Source: Rhynchobatus australiae (lineage: Eukaryota). Taken from it: a DNA stretch of 64,000 nucleotides. The position numbers and the translations under genes were made by a program. Of the stretch, positions 1 to 13,179 are shown in pieces; position 1 is the first letter of the stretch; every line of letters starts with the position of its first letter. The stretch spans positions 18,280,409-18,344,408 of the forward strand of contig JAUZTB010000068.1 in the NCBI GenBank assembly GCA_034780895.1, in the 5' to 3' direction. The notes beneath the pieces were generated by a model, which saw only the letters and a program-made list of their open reading frames with translations, was not told the DNA's origin and did not search any database.

Positions 1-399
1 GTGTGTGGGTTTACTTTTGTTTTGCAAGTGAACAATGGTTGAGCTGTAAACAGAACATCCTTTATTAAAGGCACTAACCCTACTGCAGTCTCCAGTACAA
101 CGAAGTATCAAAAGTCATTCCATGTGATACAATCCAGCTCTTAAAGGTACCCTACAGAGGTCAACAGCAGGACTCAAAGGTGCAAAGCTCACATTAGCCA
201 CCCAGATCAACTAGTTCATGGGCAAATACCTTTTACAAGCCACAGACCCCAACCACTCAGTCACACCCAGATATGCCTCACCTGAGCCCCACTACTGCCT
301 GCCTCATACCCATATCTCACGATGTGCCCGCATTCCAGTTAAACAGCTACATCACTCAGATTACATGATGCTCACAGCCATGCCTTCCTCTCTCTCTCT

Positions 400-1530
400 T
401 GAAGAAGGTAGTGGACAGCCAGAGGCAGTGGAAATGCTCATAGCGGAGAGGGTCCTGGACAACACTGAAACTGCCAAGTTAATGATGCTGTTGTACCCAA
501 TCTTTCCTACATCCCACCTCCCCTATAACCCACAGTCCTCCCGATCTGGCAACAGAGACTTACTTACCTCCCATCATCAAGTTGGCACTGGGTTTCTACA
601 GAGCTTGTAGCCCACCCTTTCCAACACGGAAATGGTGGCAAACTCTAATTGTGGAACCAAGTATATTGCAATATTGCAAGTTCAATTGCAGGGCAGGCCG
701 AGAGCTCCAATTTGTGTGAAGAGTCAACTTTCTACCTTACACACTCAGACTACTGCCATTGTGGATTATAGTGTTCGAAAGAGCTTACAGATTCTGACAG
801 CAAGTTGACAATCTGTCCTCCCACAGAAGCCTAGGATTACCGAAGTCTTGTCCCAGGGAAGAGATGGAATTTCATTGGAGTAGAAACCTGCCAACATCTC
901 ACAGGAGATCAACATTTGTACTTCCATCCCTCCACTTTGCCAGTGCCCTTGTTGTAGTAAGACTGGGGTCATCTATATTGCTGTGAAATTATCAGTAGTC
1001 AGGCCTTCTGGGCCAACAATTGCTTGAATTCATGCTCCTACCCCACCTATGCTGTCCTCTGCTGAAAGCCAGAAGCCTTCCAACACTCATACTGAAGCCT
1101 GTGGTGTAGCTAAAGGGGCACCAGGAGAGCAAAGGCATGTGAATTTCACACACTAAGGGAATACACAATGTAATTAGTTTACAGTTATAGGCACCGTGGC
1201 ATCAATTCCTTTATACTTTATGGTTTGGAATGTTTAAGTTATGGTGACAAAGTATAGACGTCATATTCAATCACAGTGAGTGGATAAGGTGTTAGACGGT
1301 TGCTGAATGGGGAATTGGGGTTGTGGATACCGACACTTGTCTCACGCACAGTTTTTCACGGAGAGGAACACTGATCAGATGTCCTGCTCTTCCTCCTCCT
1401 TCTTCAAGCAGCATGTCCTGCATCATGTCCCCTTTCCTCCTTCCCCCTGTAGTGCTATGCTCCATGGGATCTACCCCTGGGGTAACTATGTGAAGCCTGC
1501 GAAAGAAGTTTTTCTGCACTCAGTATGCCA
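400..1530. mobile_element. Highly decayed PIF/Harbinger-like DNA transposon remnant (tentative)
   Basis: Minus strand 1360-1460 reads IALQG..., then an acidic run (KKEEEEQD) and HLI, resembling the C-terminus of Harbinger nucleases (LHNIALQRG...EEEE...LI). The adjacent + strand segment resembles the decayed convergent second ORF region. Recognition by eye only. Confidence 0.35.
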
Positions 1531-4336
1531 CTTCCTTGCAACAATAAACAGCAATGCTAAACACCAACACTTGTGGAATTATACTAACAAAATGAAAACA
1601 AGTCAGCCTCTCAGTATTTGATGATCCCTTCAACTAACACTAATTAGTCACTTGGTAGGCTGGAAGGCCAGTCCTGTCATTTAACATTTATTCCCATGTG
1701 AGGTTAAGTGAAGGTTTGGATTGAAGCACTGAGTTCCAAAGTGACAAGTTTGGCCTCAGATCAGAGTTGCTTTCTGAATGACATCATAATCTGCCTGCTC
1801 TGCATATTTTCTACTGGCCCAGTCTGATTTATAATAGAACTGTTCATGCATCAGACAGCATTTTTGGTCTCCAAACAGCAGCAGTAGCATCCAAATAAAG
1901 CTACCAGTGCTGATTATGTGCCCCAAGAGTTCTAGATAGATTTGGAGAATAAGGTTGCCACGGAAATCTTATGAAGTGATTCACATTTAAGCAAAGAAGA
2001 AACAGAATTTTCATAAAACACTTACTCAGTTATTATGAAGGGAAAGAATAAATTGAAATAATGTAAGAAAAGTAAAACTAAATCTAAGGGCGAAAATAGG
2101 AAAAAATGTAACAGAGCAAGCAGAAAAATATCACTTACTTTACAGAAAATCTGCTAAAACAGTAGCTTCTTTGAAAGGTTGCATAACCTAGATTTTAAAA
2201 CTGCCATAAATCACAATGAAAGTTCTATCGTTTCCCAGTCTTATGTGAAAATGTTATACTTATTTTATGTATATATTTTGGGCAGAAAGAAAGCAGAGGT
2301 GCCTCAAAACTGCTCATAAAATGTATTTGATTACAGCATTAAATGGACTAAAACATAAACAACAAAGAAAATTCCTTAAAATTGAAGATATTTTTGTTCT
2401 GTATCCTTGACAGTATTCAAATTAACATCCAGCAAACTAAACACAAACATCTAGAATTGCATTAAGCAGCACCCTAATGCTGAATATATATTGTAAACAA
2501 GGATGAGGTTTGGATCAAAGGAGTTTTTAAAAATATTTCTTATTTTATATCTAGCAGGTACATATTAATGTATTATTAATAACACAAATTTGTCATGTTT
2601 TAATTATCTCTTATTACAAGAGGAATGTATTCCTTTTCCTTGTCATAAAATGTCCCTATCATAAACAGATTAAGCAAAGTTAATGCAGTGGGATTAAGTA
2701 TTTCTTTTCTGCTGTAAACAATATTCTGGTCAATTTTTTACCAACCTTTTTTCAGTTCTTCCTGATCTGCACCTGAAATAACATCTGTAGGATTTTCTAA
2801 TTAAATGATTTGTTTTTCTAAAGTTAACCATGATTGGCCAATCTAAATCTTTATTTACTGTCTTTTGTGGCATGGAAGAAAAATTCCATCCAATGTGTGA
2901 AATTACTCTCAGCTCCAAATCATCGCTCCTCCTTCACTTTCACATGCGTGGGGCAAGAGTTGGCAGGCAGTACAATTGCCTCAGCTGTGTAGCATTTGGC
3001 TCACCATGAACTACATAGTAAACAGATACAGAAAAAGTATTGGGTGCAATACCTTTCAGCACATTTCAGAATTCCATTTGGTTCTGGAATTATCAAAGGA
3101 GATCAGAGAAATGTAGCTATGATCTAGACCCAAACAGGTCTGAGACTAAGGGCTCTGGGGCTCTGTGTGCCAAGTACATTTGAAGACTTGCCACACCCCA
3201 CATGAACAAACATCTATTCATACCCATTAAAACACAACTACGTGGCAAAATGAACAAGGAACTAGACCATTAAATGTTTACAGACTGCAGAATCAGAACA
3301 TATATTCTGCCTAATTGAACCAAATCTAGCTGTTTGTAATGCGTCAAGTTTTACTGGGGTGCAGTATCTGGTTGTCAGTCTGGACCTTAAGACCCTGAAG
3401 CAGATGATTTCAGGGCATTAGGTTGTTATGGTCTCAATGCATTGTTCTGCTTGTGATAGAAATCAAGATTATCACATTAAATCTAATATTGCTTATACAG
3501 AATCAGAATTCTGAAACACATTGAATTTATTAATAGAAAAAAATAGATACAGTATCTGGGGGTGATTGCACAAAACATAAAGAATGCCTCGGACGTTGGA
3601 TAGAAAGCAGCAATACCTGCAATGGTGAGATAAATAGGAACAAATTCTTAAAATGAAGAATTATGTACTGAATACCTGGATAGATGATGTACATGAGTTT
3701 TCAGGTTAGGTGATTGCTGAGGGTCTGAATTTAATTTGTCAATATCTACAATGCAATCAGTAGTCATGGCATCCAATTAATTCCACATTCATTCCACTGC
3801 CATTTTTAATAGGAAAATGATTGACACTTAGATCTATTCTGGGTTGTTGGTGTCTGTTGTTGGAGACAGTATTCCTCAAAATGTTTGTTATTTTCCTCCT
3901 GGACTGACAGAATAATTTTAGCCACTGCCACTCTGGGTTTCACTCAGCTGTAAATGTATCAACCTTCTCCCCCAACGACACTCTCAGTCAGGCTTAACCC
4001 AACGCTCCCAACATTGGGCTAACCAGAATTGGGCAAATTGCATCAACATCCCTGTGTGTCTTCTGATTTTGACAGGATTCATACAAATGAGGCTAGTGCC
4101 ACACGTTGGCTCTGATCGGTGGGCCACTGTTTGGTGACCTTCATTGCTCAGCCTCCAAAGTTTAACATAAACATCATTCAGAGCAAAGGGTGTGTAGAAC
4201 AATGGATACCCAAATGGATTACTAGAGAATGAGATATCTGGAATAATTACACAGAGTAATGCATATAAAGAGATCAAGGGATACTTGGAACAAATAAATT
4301 AAGAAAAAATAGTTTGCTGGAGTGAATGTGCAACAG

Positions 4337-4429
4337 GTAATGGTTACCTGTAGTAATTATATAGAGAGTAATGGTTACCTGTGGTAATTACATAGAAAGT
4401 AATGGCTACCCAGAGTAATTATACAGAGA
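4337..4429. repeat. 31-bp minisatellite, 3 copies
   Basis: Unit gtaatggttacctgtagtaattatatagaga at 4337, 4368 and 4399 with few substitutions; more degenerate copies near 4240 and 4475. Confidence 0.85.
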
Positions 4430-4679
4430 AAATTGGTAATCTGAAGTCATTCAACAGAGAATTCTGGTTGTCAGGAATAATTACATACAGTGTAATGGAT
4501 TCCCGGATTGGTTATGTTGAGAGCATTTGCATAGACTATTTGACCTTCTGCTGTATTTCTATGAACGTGCTAGGGAGGTGGATTTAGGTTCTGAAACAAA
4601 CTTTGAACAGCTGAAAATTGTACTCCACTAAAATCTAAATATGTGCATTTGGTAAGAATGACTATCATATTTCAGATAA

Positions 4680-7600
4680 AACCAGAAAATGTTGGAGAAT
4701 ACTCAGCAGATCTGGTAGTATCCATGGAGAGAAAAGCAGGATTAACAGTTCAGGTTCAAAAACCAAACTTCTGAAGGAACTCACCAGGTCAGGCAGATGT
4801 GTGGAAGTATAGGGATGGTCAAAGTCTCGGGTCGATACCCTGCAGCAGGACAGGTTAACAATTCAGGTTGATGCCTTTTCATCAGAAGTGAAAAAAGTTA
4901 GAAATAAAACATGTATCAAGTTACAGGAAAGGAAAAGGAGTAGAGAAAGGGTGGAGCCCATGGGAGACCAAATGTCCTGCATGGAAGTCGTGCAGGCTAA
5001 GTAAAGGTGGTGAAGGCTTGTTAATCACAGCTACCTTAGAGGAGATGTAAGGAGAAGATAAATGAAGACAGAAAAAGGAGAGAAAAACAAAAACATCAGT
5101 GTTGGAACTGGGAGATACAACACAACTGGTAATCCAAAATAAAACCATGATAAGATAAGATATCTTTATTAGTCACATGTACATTGAAACACACAGTGAA
5201 ATGCGTCTTTTGCGTAGAGTGTTCTGGGGGGCAGCCTGCAAGTGTCGCCACGCTTCCAGCACCAACATAGCGTGCCCACAACTTCCTAACCCTTACGTCT
5301 TTGGAATGTGAGAGGAAACAGGAGCACCCGGAGGAAACCCACGCAGACACGGGGAGAATGTACGAACTCCAAATGGTGGAAATAGTCAGCAGGTCAGGTA
5401 GAAGTTGTGGAGGGAAGAAGATTAGAATTTACTGTACAGGTTGATGAACTTTCATCAAAACTTGCCAGTTCTGATACAAAGTCTGGTTATTTGAAATTGT
5501 TGAACTCTACATTAAGTACTGAGGGATGTAAAGTGCCTCAAAGGACAATGTGAAGCTGTTCTTTGATCTTACATTGGGCAATGAGGGAAGAGCATAAAAG
5601 ACAAAGGATAGAAAGGTCAGAGTGGAAGTTCAGGGTCACCCTTGAGGACTAAATGGAGGTATTATGCAAAGTGACCATCCAATCTGTGTTTGGATTCTTC
5701 AACGTACAGGAATGTATGTGAGCAATGAATACAGTTTGCTAATTTGGAAGAAGTAGAATGAATAGTTGTTTCAATCAGGAGTGTGTGTGTACTGAATCAT
5801 GGGAAGGGGAGGTATAAAAGGACAGTTGTTGCATTTCCTATGGTTGCATGAGTTGATATTGGTGATGTTGGAAGAGCAAACCAGGGGATGTGAAAGGGAA
5901 CGGTACCTTTGGAATACTGAAAGTGGACAAGAGGGAAAAGTGTGTCCGGTTTTAGCAGAGGATGGCAAAGATTATGGAGGATGATCCATTGTATGTGAAG
6001 GCTGCTAGGGTGGGTTAAGGCTGGGGGAAGCTTTGAGGGTGAGAAGATCAAGTGAGAGCAGAAAATAAAAGGGATGTGTTGAGAGCCCTGTAAATTATGG
6101 TGGAGAGGAAGTCACAGTTAAGGAAAAAGGAAGACATCTTGGACGTACTGTTATGGAAAGTGTCATTAGCAGAAGGATGTGATAAAGCAAGAGAAGCCTA
6201 GAGAGTAGAATGGGGTTCTTGCAGGAAACAGAGGGGCAGGATACCTAATCAAGGTAATAGGACAGTTTTGGCATGTAATGGATTTTGGTGGCTAACCTCT
6301 CCCCTGAAANNNNNNNNNNNNNNNNNNNNNNNNNNNNNNNNNNNNNNNNNNNNNNNNNNNNNNNNNNNNNNNNNNNNNNNNNNNNNNNNNNNNNNNNNNN
6401 NNNNNNNNNNNNNNNNNNNNNNNNNNNNNNNNNNNNNNNNNNNNNNNNNNNNNNNNNNNNNNNNNNNNNNNNNNNNNNNNNNNNNNNNNNNNNNNNNNNN
6501 NNNNNNNNNNNNNNNNNNNNNNNNNNNNNNNNNNNNNNNNNNNNNNNNNNNNNNNNNNNNNNNNNNNNNNNNNNNNNNNNNNNNNNNNNAATATGAGAAT
6601 GGGTTCAGCTTGGTGAAGGAGGAAGGTGACAGAGGAGACCAGTAAAACCTCTTCACGGAAGAAGCAAAGAGCTCTCAAACCATTCTGTGACTGTGTAGGC
6701 AGGTTGGACATCTCGGGTGAAATGATCTGTTTTGGACTGGAATGTGTCAAAGTGGTGGGGAGTATCAGTGTCACAGATGTAAGTGGATGGAGAGTGGACA
6801 AGGAGAGAAAGAAGAGAGTCAAGGAAGGAAGAAATACTTTCTATGTTGGAAAAAGAGGCTGAACCAATGGATTTACCAGAACAATACTGCTTGTGGCTCT
6901 TAAGAAGGAGGTAGAGCGGCTTGTATATGGTGTGGCTGGTGGAGAAAAGATCTTCTGAGCAAATGAGATCAGTAAATGGGAAATAATGGCCTGATATTCA
7001 ACGGTGGGATTGCAGGAGGCATGAGGAGGTTAGAGACCTGGTGTTCAGTCTCTGCGAGAAAGAGGATAGGTGTCCAAACAGCAGTACCAGTCTTACCAAC
7101 TGGTTTAATGATCATATCAGAATTAGTCTTTAGTGAGCGGGGTAAGTGGAATGGAAAAAATTGAAATAGTACATGTCATTTTCTATATATTGATGACTAT
7201 ATGGTGCTGCTTCCGGCTCTTGAACAGAACTCAATCACTTCATCATTAACAGCCCTCAGAAGTTAATATTGAATTTAACAAATTCAAAAAACCAGCCAGG
7301 TCATCAACCGATAAAGTTAAGTCTGTTTCCCTCTCTCCACAGCTGCTGCCTGACCTGCAGAGGAATTCCAGCATTCTCTTTCCAGTGTTAGATTTCCAGC
7401 AGTGTTTTTTTTATTCCATAACCTGAATTGTTTCTTGTATCTCTGTTCTTATTCACATCTTTCTATTTATATTCCCTCCACGTAGATCAGCTATGATCAT
7501 GCAGTCTTCACCACTCTTGTTCAGCCAGCACCACCCCCGTTTACCATTTCGTCTCCTCCCACCCACCCACACTCCTGCAATGGTTCTGTAACTCCATTCN

Positions 7601-7860
7601 NNNNNNNNNNNNNNNNNNNNNNNNNNNNNNNNNNNNNNNNNNNNNNNNNNNNNNNNNNNNNNNNNNNNNNNNNNNNNNNNNNNNNNNNNNNNNNNNNNNT
7701 CCTGCAATGTTTCTGTAACTCCTTTCAGTTCTGATAAAAGGTTATCAACCCGAAATGCCTGCTTCTCCCTCCATAGAAGCTGCCTGATTGCCACGTATTT
7801 CGAGCAGTTTCTCTTCTTATTTCAAGTTTCCAATATCTGCAGTTCTTTTGCTTTTCACCA
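4680..7860 (-). mobile_element. Penelope-like retroelement remnant (RT + GIY-YIG endonuclease) with inverted terminal arms
   Basis: Minus strand gives RSLKTNSDMIIKPVGK (~7090-7140; cf. IVIKPADKG) and LYLLLKSHKQYCSGKSIGSA (~6860-6920; cf. FYLLPKIHK..PGRPIVS); 5490-5860 is a decayed GIY-YIG region. Arms of type aaaatg..ggaaatactcagcaggtc..catcagaa lie at 4680-4890 and 5370-5480, with inverted copies at 7295-7410 and 7725-7855. Many stops and frameshifts. Confidence 0.75.
5149..5370 (-). mobile_element. V-domain SINE, head-truncated, (TCTTA)n tail; inserted in a Penelope arm
   Basis: Near-identical to the full copy at 38908-39214; V-domain motif ggaatgtgagaggaaacaggagcacccggaggaaacccacgc; splits the arm sequence aaataaaacc|aaatggtggaaatagtcagcagg. 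Confidence 0.85.
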
Positions 7861-9399
7861 ATTAAGTTTCAGTTGGTTTTGTTTCTCATGGTATTCAAGC
7901 TACCACTGATGATGATGAGGCCTCACATGTTATTGTTTACATTGAAGGATTATTAACTGTTATGTTCTTGCTGCTAAATGAAGTACAAACTATTAAGTCT
8001 ATCAGGTGGTTTTATTTAGCTCTGAGCTTCACAATGGTGGTAAAATGTAAAATTTAGTCTTAGTATCACAGGCAAGGCTTTCAACACCAGAAAGAGCTTA
8101 AGGAAAACACCGAGAAGGGACCCATCCACAACATGAGGTGGACCAGGCAAATGATCAGAGGTGACTGATGATCCAGGAATTTCTTGGATTATTGAAAATT
8201 TGTCTGCAACTATTCTGATGTACTGGTGCTTCATGTTTTATGTTATTGATGTACAAAAATATCTACAGAAAAAGGTTAACATTTCTAATGTAAAAGTAGT
8301 AAAAGAAGTTGAACGATAATCAACAGTTCATTACTGTGAAGAACAAGATTATAAATAGGATTACATTAAGAAGATCTGAGTTCCATTTGGAATATAGCTC
8401 TTGAGAATTTATCTGGAATATAACAAAGTATTTAAAATTAAATTATTTTCATCTCATGTTACAAAGTTATTGTGAGAAGTGAAATATTAAAGTTATTTTG
8501 TTTCTATAATTTGCACATATTTTTAAAACTAATTTAGCATTATGCTGGAGGACAAATGTATAATTACAAGTACATATGCATGATTTGAAGTATTTAGAAG
8601 CCTGCAGCAATAAGTTCCTTTTCATCCTTGACACACTGTTAATCTTGTTTATATAAAACTTTCAAATAATGTTACAATATAGCTTTGGAAGCTGAAGTAC
8701 AACTGCCTCCATTTTTCAAAGTAGTCTTTTATTCCAGTCATTCCTAGACATTATTTAGGCTTATTGAGCTTGATGGTCCAGCTCTATCATTTTTCTTCAG
8801 TGATTAAACCTTCCAAATATTGTTAATGAGAAATTCTATCAGGAAAGATCCTGGACATATTACAAAATTGTTTCATGGTTTGGATTAGAAAAGAAATACT
8901 TAATAACATTATCAATCANNNNNNNNNNNNNNNNNNNNNNNNNNNNNNNNNNNNNNNNNNNNNNNNNNNNNNNNNNNNNNNNNNNNNNNNNNNNNNNNNN
9001 NNNNNNNNNNNNNNNNNNTCAAAATTACTGTAGAGCATCTTTACATAATCTTTCCTCAGAGGTTGTGTGATATTGGCAGAATGAAAGAGAAGATAGAAAT
9101 GCACCATTGATTTTCTTTTGAATATCAGGTCAATTTCACCAACCATTCAGCAAAGCCTAAGTGTTGATATTGATCTTGGAGATTGATGTGTGAAGTTTAT
9201 CTGCAGTTTCCATGCAGAACCTGACATATTTAATGTTAACACTGGCATTTTTGCAATGCTGAAGTTTGGGATTAAGCAACTCTTTGGCGCACCATGCAAA
9301 ACTACAATGTGTATTTATATTGTGTGATTGACATATTAAAATAGCCTTGTACTTAACAGAGTTAATTGACAAAAATGGAGCCAAAACCAAATTAAAAGT

Positions 9400-9530
9400 T
9401 GTAATTAAAACTTTGTCAAAGAGGTAAGTTTCAAGGGAGGTCAAATAGATAAACAGTCAAATGGAGCAATGAAGAAGTTTAGGTGGGAAATTCCAGAGTT
9501 TAATACCCAGACCACTGAAGACAGGATCTG
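9400..9530 (-). mobile_element. Old L2 LINE 3' fragment
   Basis: ctttgtcaaagaggtaagtttcaagg...tttaggtgggaaattccagagttt resembles the L2 fragment at 42655-43010. Confidence 0.4.
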
Positions 9531-9632
9531 CCTTTTGTATTAGGGGATCACTCTCCTGGCCAGAAACAGGTTCAGCTCTTGCTGAAGGAATTCAATACGT
9601 CAGCATCTAATGCATGAAGCTACATGAACCTT

Positions 9633-10030
9633 ACATAGAGCTTTGTAGCACAGAAAATAGACATTTGATCCAACAAGTCTGTACCAGTATCTATTGTGAA
9701 CATCTTTCAACTAACTTGCCTTTAACTGCATCTATATTAATCACCTCACCAATTCCACGTGGCGCCATGTGCTACGTTATCACCACAGTGAGGAAATCTG
9801 TTTCTCCTATTCCATGCATCAACGAGCATCTCTTCAAGTTTTGTACTTTTTAAATTTTCATTTTTGACTTCCAGTTTTCCCTAAGCCAGTTGGTTGCAAC
9901 AAGTTGTCTGTTCAAGTGAAATCTACGCCTTTCACGATCTCATAAGCCACAATCACATCACCCATCAATATTTCCTTCTTCAAAGTGTAGAGGTACAGTT
10001 CTTCTGGTCTATTTTAGTAACTGAAATAAT
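9633..10030 (-). mobile_element. Old CR1 LINE 3' fragment
   Basis: Begins with a reversed CR1-type tail (catagagctttgtagcacagaaaatagacatttg); similar to 58540-58900. Confidence 0.5.
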
Positions 10031-11089
10031 TGATTCTAAATGGTTGTCATAGTTTACCTCAACAGTTTACCACCGCCAGCCACATAACCAGCTGCCTTTT
10101 CCAGCATTCATATCATTTAATGTTTTGTTATATTGGTTTCTGTCCCAGCTTCTGCAAACATTGCAGCAACCGACACAAATTTGGGGGAGGAGAACAATTC
10201 ATGTGGTCTTACACTGAATTCAATAGACCTGAATGTGCAGAGTGAGAGCAGGCAATAACCAACTAATGTGCACAACACTGAATGCTTGAACAAAATGGCA
10301 GCCAAGTCATGAAGATGTTAATTTGTAATGATTCAACTTTAATGTGCATTATTATGATGCAACTAATATCTGCATCATTCCCATAATTAAGTCCAAGGTA
10401 CATCTAAAAGGGTGTTTTCTCATATCAGGTTTTTCCTATGGGAATGAATAGTTTGCCATTTAAGTGTGGCTGAATTGGATATATATGTGTATAATATACA
10501 CCGTACTATGCTGCCACAATGAAAAACAAAACCAACATTGCAATCTGCTTCTGCAAGTCTAATAACCTGCAAAGCTGTGCTTACAGATAAGCTTCAAACT
10601 TTACCACAAGAGCTATAGTCCTCACGCTATGCTGAACACACAACTGCCATTTTGTCTGGCAAGTTCTGCATTTCTAGCAGGCTTCCAGTCTAAAAAAACC
10701 AATTCTCCTGCCTGTAAACGAGACACTTTTTTTTCTCTCTCCTATGTCTGAAGTTTAAGTTTCAGTCCTGTCCACAGACAAACAGCTGACCAAGTCAGAC
10801 AGACATCCTCTCTGTGGCCACAAACTCCCAACAAGGAACTGCTGCAGACTTCTCAATAGTATAAAAGATTGTGGCAGCAATTGTTACTCAACCATCTGCT
10901 TCAAATCAGCTCATAGAAATGCTTAAATCATTGTAATAGAAATTATAAAGTAGCAAAATATAGCTTTAGCAGGAAGAAGGAGGATGCATATTTAGTTCTC
11001 AACAGACATTGAGTTCTGTGAGAGTTTTGAATACTTTGTGCTTTCACTTTGAAATATTTTTAATTTAATTGCAACATTTCACATTTTGT

Positions 11090-11203
11090 AGGTACATGTT
11101 TGCAATGTATTGTGCTGCTGCTGCAAAAAGCTAATTTTCATTTAATTTGCATTTATACCCTGCATATGTATGCCTATGACAATAAACCTGAACTTCAATT
11201 TGA
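11090..11203 (+). mobile_element. LINE 3' tail (Rex1/Babar-like)
   Basis: Ends in tgacaataaacctgaacttcaatttgaa, a polyA-signal-like motif followed by short tandem repeats, same tail style as 49398-49692 reversed. Confidence 0.45.
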
Positions 11204-12329
11204 AGGCATTGCTTTACTTCAAAGGAGAGGTTGAACAGATGATGGTCTTGTCCATGAATCCTGAAGCTAACAGAACTCCCTAAAGTTAGTGTGAGTCAAG
11301 TTGAATATTTCCTGGAAGACAGTCTAGTTCCAATTTTAAAAAGGGGACAGTATGTTCGGTTTGAGAGCAGGTAGTGAACCCAGCCAAGCAGTTTGTATGG
11401 AGGCACTGCTGATCTCACAGCATTTCAGCTAACACCCAGCCAGAGTCAGCACCTGGACACAATAGGGATTGGGAAATTTGGATGCAGGAAGTCTCACCTG
11501 GGAACACCTGTGGGCTGTCTCTGGCAGTCTGTGGGAGGGGAAGGGGCAATTCAGAGATCACCACTATTAAATGGCAAACCATTCCCAAAGAAAATAACTG
11601 TCAAGAGCAATTACCCTTTTAGTTGGCATGCACTCAACAGGGAGGACAGTTCTGCAGATTCCTACTCCCAGTTGCCCATAGGATTTCAATGAGATATTTG
11701 TGAAACCTGCCTTGGTTTCTTCTGGTCAATGACTCCTCTCACCATGCTGACAGCTGGGCAACAGACAGTGCCTGGCTCCTGCTGATTTGCTGTTAATATT
11801 GGATTGTGGTGCAAGGTTGTCATTGGACAGCAACATCGGCTTTGTAATTGCTTTTAACAGGAGACTCCTCAATGGACCGACTTAATATGATTAACATCAC
11901 TGTAACCAGGAAATAATGCACTGTAGGAGGAAACAATATTAGAAATGGGGTGGAGTTAGAATCAAAGCTTTTCTATTTCCATATAGTACTTATTTTCTAT
12001 GTCCAAAATGACCCTGTGCACAATTCATCATGTAAACTTCTCTAGATAACAATTAATAAAATCATCAGTTTAGTGGGATACTAAAAATTGGAAATATCTA
12101 AGATGGAATTTTTTTAAAAATATAAATAACATTCAGAAAAATGGTCTTTTTAATAAATACTGTGAAAGGAATCTGATTATAATTGCATTTAATTTATCCA
12201 TTACTGAAACCAGAAAATTAATAAGCTGCGGGTATTTTTCAAACAAATAATTTAACATATGGTTTATAAAAATGTTCAAATTAGATAATTAATCTTGACT
12301 TCTTTTTAGTTTAAATGTCTGTCGCTAAT

Positions 12330-12690
12330 GGAAATATTTTCTAACAATCCACCCTGTCAATCCCCCCAGAACCTTATATGTTTGACTAAGATTATTCCCC
12401 ATTTTTCTAGATTCCCGTGAATATAGGCCTAACCGGCTCAACTTTTCTTCATGCATCAATTCCTCCATCTGAGGAATGCACCTAGTTAACTTTCGCAATG
12501 CTGCCTCAATGCATTCACTTAAATTTGGAAACCAAAACTGTACACAGAACTCCAGTTCTGGTCTCACAGTTGTCCTAAACAATGCATCAACACTTCCCTA
12601 ATTTTGCAATTTCACTCTGTTTAAATAATAATTTGCCTCTTTCGTTCTACCTTCCAAAGTAGACAACCTCACGTTTTCCCACATTATACT
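12330..12690 (-). mobile_element. CR1 LINE ORF2 C-terminal fragment
   Basis: ORF 12325-12582 VRPELEFCVQFWFP...EEKLSRLGLYSRE matches the CR1 motif LVRPHLEYCVQFWSP...RLGLYSLE. Confidence 0.85.
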
Positions 12691-13179
12691 TAATTTCCTT
12701 ACTTAGCAGACATTCTTTTTGATGAAAATATTCTCAGTCACTTTGTTGAAAGCAGCACTACATGTACTGCTGTTTCTGGATGTGTAGCCTCTGTGGTACA
12801 TTGAAAGCCATTCCAACAATGATCCGTCATCCGCCCATCTTCTTTAGACAATTATTTACACTTACTGAGATTCAGGATTGTTTCAAGGCAAGTCTAATGC
12901 AATACGGTCTGAATTCAAATAACCAGTCAGTGTCATAATAGTAATGTTCAACTAACCATCACAATCGTGATGTTCTACCATCCAGAGAACATTAAGTTGA
13001 GCAAATATCTGAGCCTGTAAAAGGATACCAAAGGAGGATGTTTTTGAGTTAATTTGTAATTGTTTAGAAAAAATGTCAAAAATTAGTAACAAATTTATTA
13101 ATCCTAATATCTTTAATGCTAGATCACACTTGGAGTTTGTGAAATTAATGAAGGAAAGGGATATAACATCTTATTCAAA

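Noticed and set aside
218-610. 130-aa ORF
   Set aside because: No recognisable domain; overlaps a probable decayed Harbinger-like element.
7573-7727. Near-identical tcctgcaatg.ttctgtaactcc.ttc on both sides of a gap
   Set aside because: Probably a collapsed tandem repeat or contig overlap; unresolvable here.
8072-8140. Possible exon with GKAFNTRKSL, faintly zinc-finger-like
   Set aside because: No Cys/His spacing, early stop in that frame and weak splice sites.
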